Of a stretch of 32,000 bases of DNA, positions 26,733 to 32,000 are shown in pieces (position 1 is the first letter of the stretch; every line of letters starts with the position of its first letter). The DNA comes from a cyanobacterium endosymbiont of Epithemia turgida isolate EtSB Lake Yunoko. Its GTDB lineage: Bacteria > Cyanobacteriota > Cyanobacteriia > Cyanobacteriales > Microcystaceae. Location of the stretch: positions 2,370,001 through 2,402,000 of the forward strand of contig NZ_AP012549.1 in assembly GCF_000829235.1 (NCBI RefSeq), in the 5' to 3' direction. The notes beneath the pieces are model-generated. The model was given only the letters and a program-made list of their open reading frames with translations, was not told the origin of the DNA and ran no database searches. The position numbers and the translations under genes are program-made.

Positions 26733-28682
26733 TTAAGAGTTCATGACCTGTTGAAAAAAGTCCTTCCTAGTAGGTTCATCGACAGGGTAGGCAAGGGGAA
26801 CTTCTTCGACTTCTGGTAAAGGCTCTACTACCAACTCTTTCAACTCCTTAGAAAATTTAATACCACCGGATAGGCGTTTAAGCAGTTTGGGACGAGGATC
26901 ATGAAGTAGATAAATAATTTCATCGTCTTGCTGCCAATCTTGAGTCGCTTTAACCACTTGTAGGCTTCCTTGCCGTTTGATTAATAGAGGTAAGAGTTCT
27001 CCAGATTGAATTAATGCTTGAAAATGGGCTTGTTGTAGAGAAAGTCCAGGTTCTTTAAACTGGGTTGTCCCTAACTTCATTTGTTCTTCCCGTAAGTATT
27101 GATTCCAAGTTTTAATTAATTGTTGGTCTATGAAAGCCGCATTAACTTTGGTTTTGTTTGTCGTAGAATTATTAGGTGTATTACTCGGAAATACCGCAAA
27201 TACTCTAGGGGGTTGAAATTCCTCCACCGCTCGCTGAGCTAAAACGAGATTGACTTCTCCATTACTGGTTAAAGCCATAAAGTTCCCCATTGAGTAAATT
27301 CCTGCTTGTTCTAGAACGTTAGGATCGAGTCCACTGCTTTGGAATACGGATAAACCTTCAGCTTCAGCTTGCTGACATGCTTCAGGATCGGTATCAATTA
27401 ACACAACAGACTCTCCCTGTTGTTGAAAGAGCCTTCCAATTAAGCGTCCTATGTCATTACCCCCGACAATAACTGCCCCTGTAGCTTCTATAGGATTAAT
27501 CTTTAATGCTTGGGCAACCCAACGGGCTGATAATCCTTGAACAAAGACAGTCATCATAATTGTTAAGAACACTAGGGCTTTAATTGACTCTCCACCGTTA
27601 ATACCCTTTTCTGTCAGTAAAATAGCAAATAGAGAGGCAACAGATGCCGAAACAATCCCTCGCGGTGCAATCCAAGCTAAAAAGAGTTTTTGTCGCCAAT
27701 GAAGATTACTGTTCCATGTACATAGGACAACATTAATTGGTCTAACCACTAACATCAGGATGAGAACGGTTAACACACTCCCCCATCCCAAAGCAAAAAT
27801 ACTGTCAATGGAAAGATCAGCTGCTAAAAGAATGAAGAGAACTGAGACACAAAGAACAGTTAATTGTTCTTTAAACCGCCGTAATAAGCGTTCTTCTGGG
27901 ACAGAGGAAGCTCTAACCACAATCCCGGCAACCACGGTAGCCATCAACCCCGATTCACTGCAACTGAGTTGAGCTAGTCCAAACAATCCCCAGACTCCCG
28001 CTAAAACTACCAGATTTTTTAAATCTTCTGAGATAAAACTGGTATTTTTGAGAATAAAGCCTAGTAAAGCTCCACTAAGTCCTCCAATGATTGCCCCAAT
28101 CCCCAATCGTAGAAGAACACTACTAAAAATTTCTACCGGACTGGCATTACTGTTCAGAATAGTATCTAAAACTACCACTGCTAAGATGGCTCCTACTGGA
28201 TCAATGAGAACTCCTTCGCTTTCGAGAAGAGTAGCTACTTGACGATCCACTGAAACCTGTTTAAGTAAAGGACTAATCACTGTAGGTCCAGTAACTACTA
28301 CTAACGCCGCATAGAGAAAAGCAATGGACCAGGGAAATTCCGCCAACCAATGGGCTGCCATACCGCCACCAATTAAGGTAACAAGAACACCAATAGTGAC
28401 GAGATTTTGCAAGCTACCTGATACTTTTCCTAAATCTCGCAGTTCTAAGCTTAATCCTCCTTCGAATAAAATAATAGCCACAGATAAGGCAACCAAAACT
28501 TCTAGTCCTACTCCTAGTTGATGAGGATAGAGAAATTTCAAGACATCAGGTCCAAGTAAAATTCCAAACAGTAGCAAAAAAACAATACTTGGGACCTTGA
28601 AAAATTCAGCGGTCACTTGGGCAGCAATGCCAGCCAGAACAGTGATCACAATTTGCAGGGTCAGTTGAAACGATCCTTCCAT
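26733..28682 (-). CDS. CPA1-type cation/proton (Na+/H+) antiporter with a C-terminal TrkA-N/RCK-like domain
   Basis: 649-aa ORF. It has about 12 hydrophobic segments with Na_H_Exchanger-type motifs (LLFEGGLSL, LESEGVLIDPVG, AWIAPRGIVSA). A Rossmann-like segment follows: VIVGGNDIGRLIGRLFQQQGESVVLIDTDPE. Confidence 0.85.
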   Translation of the reverse strand: MEGSFQLTLQIVITVLAGIAAQVTAEFFKVPSIVFLLLFGILLGPDVLKFLYPHQLGVGLEVLVALSVAIILFEGGLSLELRDLGKVSGSLQNLVTIGVLVTLIGGGMAAHWLAEFPWSIAFLYAALVVVTGPTVISPLLKQVSVDRQVATLLESEGVLIDPVGAILAVVVLDTILNSNASPVEIFSSVLLRLGIGAIIGGLSGALLGFILKNTSFISEDLKNLVVLAGVWGLFGLAQLSCSESGLMATVVAGIVVRASSVPEERLLRRFKEQLTVLCVSVLFILLAADLSIDSIFALGWGSVLTVLILMLVVRPINVVLCTWNSNLHWRQKLFLAWIAPRGIVSASVASLFAILLTEKGINGGESIKALVFLTIMMTVFVQGLSARWVAQALKINPIEATGAVIVGGNDIGRLIGRLFQQQGESVVLIDTDPEACQQAEAEGLSVFQSSGLDPNVLEQAGIYSMGNFMALTSNGEVNLVLAQRAVEEFQPPRVFAVFPSNTPNNSTTNKTKVNAAFIDQQLIKTWNQYLREEQMKLGTTQFKEPGLSLQQAHFQALIQSGELLPLLIKRQGSLQVVKATQDWQQDDEIIYLLHDPRPKLLKRLSGGIKFSKELKELVVEPLPEVEEVPLAYPVDEPTRKDFFQQVMNS

Positions 28683-29005
28683 AGGCTTACTTCAGTGGCC
28701 GGCAATGTTTAAAGGGACGATTACTATCGATGACTTTCAGCTTCAAATTAATAGCTTATCGCAGCTTCAAATTTTACTTAAATATTAAAATAATAGGACT
28801 TTACAGTTTAATAGTCACTCTGGGTATTCTAACATTTAGATTCTAGAAGCCGTCATCCGGTCAACAATTAAATGATGGACTGATACTAGATATTTAATCC
28901 GATAAATGTGATTGGTTCAGTTTCTAGGGAACAATTGATCATCCTAGTATTCTTTCTTTTTGTCTTTTATCTATTACCTTTATCTCCCCAAGATGAATCA
29001 TCTAA

Positions 29006-29686
29006 GATTTATTTGGAATAAATCACAGGACCAAGGAGCATTTAAAAATCACTGGCGATAATTTTAGGTTTGGGCTGGACTATTTATTCTTAGGAGCTTT
29101 CCCCCTGTTTAGTTTCAATTTAGCGTCCCCTTTTCTCTATGGGCAAAAAAGTTTAGTAGCTCAGATGGCTAAGGAAATGGTAAATAATAACTTTTTATCG
29201 GGTCGATGGCTTTTTCCGACTCTTTGGGGTGAATTCTATCATCAGCACCCCCATTTAAGTATTTTTTTTATTGCTTTTACTTACTTTTGCCATAACAGCA
29301 ATTCTCATAACTTGTCGTAATCGTCAGTTTATCATCATATTGTTTTGGGGAATGTATGTGTCGTTGATGTTGTTAGTGAATTCTTTCTATTGTAATGGGG
29401 AAATTCAGTCTCAGAAATTGATTCAACCCTTAGTGCAGATGTTAAGGAATAAGGTTCCTCCCCACAAGGTGGTATTGCTGATTTAGTCCAAGAGAATCAA
29501 CCGTTAAATTTATATAGCGATCACCATGTTATCCCAATAACTTCTGAAACCCTTTTGCGATACTAGCATACTCTACCTGATTCCTATTTTCTCATTACCT
29601 TAGAAACTTGGACAAAACTTTCCTTGGAATATGTTTACCCATTAGATAAAGTCTTTTCTAATTGGTATTTAATTGCCAGAATTTAA
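29006..29686 (+). pseudogene. ArnT/PMT-like (GT39/GT83, PMT_2) membrane glycosyltransferase fossil
   Basis: The frame open from 29006 to about 29320 reads ..FLGAFPLFSFNLASPFLYGQKSLVAQMAKEMVNNNFLSGRWLFPTLWGEFYHQHPHLSIFFIAFTYF... This matches the N-terminal signature ..NLG..PL.DWDE..VAQ.AREM...GDWL.PTL.GEPY..KPPL..W.IA. It has no N-terminal ATG and reads Q-K where the family has the conserved D-E. The frame breaks near 29320, and track ORF 29271..29486 continues in another frame. About 0.7 kb is left of a family that is normally about 1.5 kb. Confidence 0.6.
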
Positions 29687-29873
29687 AATTAAGTCTTGGG
29701 ATATAATTCTAGTTAAATATGATTAAAAGAAAAATTAAAATTATGTAAATTTTAATTAAAATTTTTGAGTTCAAAGTCGTTGATTTTACATGCTACAACT
29801 TAGGTTATGAGTCTTATAAGTCAATAAAGAACTTATAAGACTTTTTGAGATTGAGTATAATTAAGTTTAGGAA

Positions 29874-29936
29874 AATAATACCAGTTTAATAATACCAGTT
29901 TAATAATACCAGTTTAATAATACCAGTTTAATAATA
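29874..29936. repeat. Tandem repeat, 14-bp unit x 4.5
   Basis: AATAATACCAGTTT occurs at 29874, 29888, 29902 and 29916, all identical, followed by a partial AATAATA at 29930-29936. Confidence 0.95.
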
Positions 29937-30400
29937 TTCTCTTTGTAAACTCATTAGAATTAGTTAAGCTATAAATTTATATGTCAATCAATTTAATTTT
30001 TGATTTATCTTTTCCACCATTAGTTGGAAAATTCAATTACTAAAATAAATTTTAATTATGTAAGTACATCCACTTACTATAAGTAGTTTCTGTCCATTAT
30101 ATAAATTGATTGAAAACTTCATCACTCGTCACTCATTGTTTTTGTTTCAACAATATCTCTCATCTTCTCGATATCATTTTAATCTTAATAAGAAACAAAA
30201 TGATAATGCCGTTCCTTTCAAAAATACTACTTCTCGCATAAAGCTGTAACTTCTTTTTCTCTCCATAAATTTCCGTAGAACTACGTTTAAGTAGGGTAAG
30301 TTACGTATAAGATTTATTTTGAACAGAAATTAATAAGTTTTTATTCATACTGTAACCCGCCAAATTAGTCATGATATTTAATCATCTTGAATATCAATAA

Positions 30401-30433
30401 AATCTAAAAATTGCCACCTTCATTGGTAGCAAT
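30401..30433 (-). terminator. Intrinsic terminator downstream of glnA
   Basis: The minus-strand RNA reads ATTGCTACC-AATGAA-GGTGGCAAT, a 9-bp stem including one G-U pair, followed by TTTTAGATTTT. It lies 28 nt after the glnA stop. Confidence 0.7.
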
Positions 30434-30461
30434 TATGAAGATTTAACTATTTGATAAAAGC

Positions 30462-31883
30462 TTAGACATCATAGTATAAGGCAAACTCATAAGGATGAGG
30501 GCGTAACCGTAAAGGGTTAACTTCATTATCAAGTTTGTATTCAATCCAACTCTCGATAAAATCTTTAGTGAAAACTCCCGTATTGGTTAAAAATGTCTGG
30601 TCCTTTTCGAGGGCTTCTAGGGCTGCCTCAAGAGAGCTGGGAGTTGAAGGAATTTTACTTAACTCTTCAAAGGTAAGATCGTAGATATCCACATCTAAAG
30701 ATGGACCTGGATCAATTTCATTCTTAATCCCATCAATTCCTGCACATAGCATCGCTGCAAACGCCAAATAAGGGTTGCATGTGGCATCAGGACATCGGAA
30801 TTCCAACCGTTTAGCTTTAGGATTGGGTCCAGACAAAGGAATACGAATAGAAGCAGAACGGTTCCCTTGAGAATAAGCTAAGTTAACAGGAGCTTCAAAA
30901 CCAGGAACTAGACGCTTATAAGAGTTGGTGCTGGGATTAGTAAACGCTAACAAAGCAGAAGCGTGTTTAAGGATACCACCAATGTAATTTAAAGCCATTT
31001 TGCTCAAATCTGCGTAACCGTTCCCCCAGAATAGTGGTTGCCCATCTTTCCAGATAGATTGGTGAGTGTGCATGCCAGAACCATTGTCATTAAACAAGGG
31101 TTTGGGCATAAACGTCACGGTTTTACCATATTTCCTAGCAACATTTTTTACGACATATTTGTAGGTCATCAAATAGTCTGCCGCTTCAACGAGGGTAGCA
31201 AAGCGAAAACCTAATTCGTTTTGTCCTCCTGTAGCTACTTCGTGATGGTGTTTCTCAATTGGAACTCCACATTTAGCCATAGTTAGCAGCATTTCTGTCC
31301 GCATATCCTGTAGAGTATCTGTCGGGGGTACAGGAAAGTAACCCTGTTTGTAGCCAGGTTTATAGGCGAGGTTTCCACCCTCCTCTTTACGTCCCGTATT
31401 CCAGCGTCCTTCTACACTGTCTAGGTAGTAATATCCTTTATTCTCAGTTTGGTCAAAACGAACATCATCGAAGACAAAGAATTCAGCTTCAGGTCCAAAA
31501 AAAGCAGTATCGCCAATTCCCGTAGTTTTGAGAAATTCAACCGCTTTAGCAGCAATGGTACGAGGATCGCGGCCGTACCATTCTCCTGTACGAGGTTCCT
31601 TAATACTACAAATTATACTAAGGGTAGGTTCTTCACAAAAGGGGTCGATCCAAGCCGTTGTCGGCTCGGGAATCATGACCATATCAGACTCGTTGATGGC
31701 TTTCCACCCCCGAATACTCGAACCGTCGAAGGGAACCCCATCGACAAAAGAACTTTCGTCAATTTGATTGTAGTAGAATGAACAATGTTGCCAAATACCT
31801 GGGGTATCAATGAATTTCAGGTCAACAATTTTTATGTTGTTGTCTTGAACTATTTTCAAGACGTCTTGAGGGGTTTTAGCCAT
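30462..31883 (-). CDS. glnA: Glutamine synthetase type I
   Basis: 473-aa ORF that matches my recollection of cyanobacterial GlnA closely along its whole length. Examples: [19 protein letters not shown]-type N-terminus, [50 protein letters not shown]-type, [24 protein letters not shown] sits 7 nt upstream of the ATG. Confidence 0.96.
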   Translation of the reverse strand: MAKTPQDVLKIVQDNNIKIVDLKFIDTPGIWQHCSFYYNQIDESSFVDGVPFDGSSIRGWKAINESDMVMIPEPTTAWIDPFCEEPTLSIICSIKEPRTGEWYGRDPRTIAAKAVEFLKTTGIGDTAFFGPEAEFFVFDDVRFDQTENKGYYYLDSVEGRWNTGRKEEGGNLAYKPGYKQGYFPVPPTDTLQDMRTEMLLTMAKCGVPIEKHHHEVATGGQNELGFRFATLVEAADYLMTYKYVVKNVARKYGKTVTFMPKPLFNDNGSGMHTHQSIWKDGQPLFWGNGYADLSKMALNYIGGILKHASALLAFTNPSTNSYKRLVPGFEAPVNLAYSQGNRSASIRIPLSGPNPKAKRLEFRCPDATCNPYLAFAAMLCAGIDGIKNEIDPGPSLDVDIYDLTFEELSKIPSTPSSLEAALEALEKDQTFLTNTGVFTKDFIESWIEYKLDNEVNPLRLRPHPYEFALYYDV

Positions 31884-31919
31884 GGACAGACTCCTATTTT
31901 ATTCAGCCTCAAACCACCA

Positions 31920-31961
31920 ACCCTAAAGATAGGTCACAAGATATTTTGTATTCCATGATAC
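31920..31961 (-). promoter_or_regulatory. NtcA-activated (class II) promoter of glnA: GTA-N8-TAC box plus TAN3T -10 element
   Basis: On the minus strand, GTAtcatggaaTAC (31961..31948) is followed after exactly 22 nt by TAGGGT (31925..31920). This matches the GTAN8TAC-N22-TAN3T architecture of NtcA-dependent cyanobacterial promoters. The predicted TSS is near 31913, about 30 nt upstream of the ATG. Confidence 0.65.
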
Positions 31962-32000
31962 AGGCATCCTTGTTTAAATCTGTAGATAATGCAAAGTTTT

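Noticed and set aside
27760-28521. Three plus-strand ORFs (27760..27972, 28048..28242, 28324..28521) inside the antiporter gene
   Set aside because: All are antisense to a 649-aa membrane protein gene. Their translations are Pro/Ser/Thr/Arg-rich shadow frames.
28738-28773. 12-mer CAGCTTCAAATT repeated with 24-bp period upstream of the antiporter gene
   Set aside because: There are only two short copies. They could be an operator or promoter duplication, but nothing else supports function, so I did not promote them to a finding.
29271-29486. 71-aa ORF as an independent membrane protein gene
   Set aside because: It lies inside the ArnT/PMT-like fossil in a shifted frame. It is most likely a frameshifted transmembrane segment of that pseudogene.
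31449-31781. Plus-strand ORFs 31449..31781 and 31528..31767 inside glnA
   Set aside because: They are antisense to the best-supported gene in the window.

Overview
AT-rich cyanobacterial chromosome segment. The assignment rests on a split RNA polymerase gene (rpoC1, gamma subunit), a canonical NtcA-type glnA promoter, one HIP1 octamer, and housekeeping proteins that look most like the Synechocystis/Cyanothece type. I support 13 intact housekeeping CDS: murA, a TrmH/SpoU methyltransferase, ribBA, trmD, a DUF39/COG1900 protein, a GT9 glycosyltransferase, rpoC1, a TIGR03960-like radical SAM protein, cca, a ROK kinase, gcvT, a CPA1 antiporter with an RCK domain, and glnA. There are also two tRNAs (Cys-GCA, Leu-CAG), several intrinsic terminators and two small candidate ORFs. 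These intact genes cover only about 53% of the 32 kb. The rest is ORF-free, very AT-rich DNA in which I can read gene fossils by eye: ctaE with in-frame stops, an ArnT/PMT-like glycosyltransferase, an IS5-like transposase tail, a degenerate GUN4-like ORF, and weaker HicA/HicB-like, MNT-like and ABC-ATPase-like pieces. I infer a cyanobacterium undergoing reductive genome evolution, possibly an obligate symbiont, but this cannot be proven from the window. I found no CRISPR array, defence island, biosynthetic cluster or other coherent novel multi-gene system. The least explained structure is the 2.26 kb ORF-free, A-skewed spacer upstream of rpoC1. It carries a cluster of perfect long palindromes (41 and 51 bp), and a similar 44 bp palindrome lies in the next large spacer. 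All compositional statements are by-eye estimates, and all homology statements come from remembered family motifs, not from searches.
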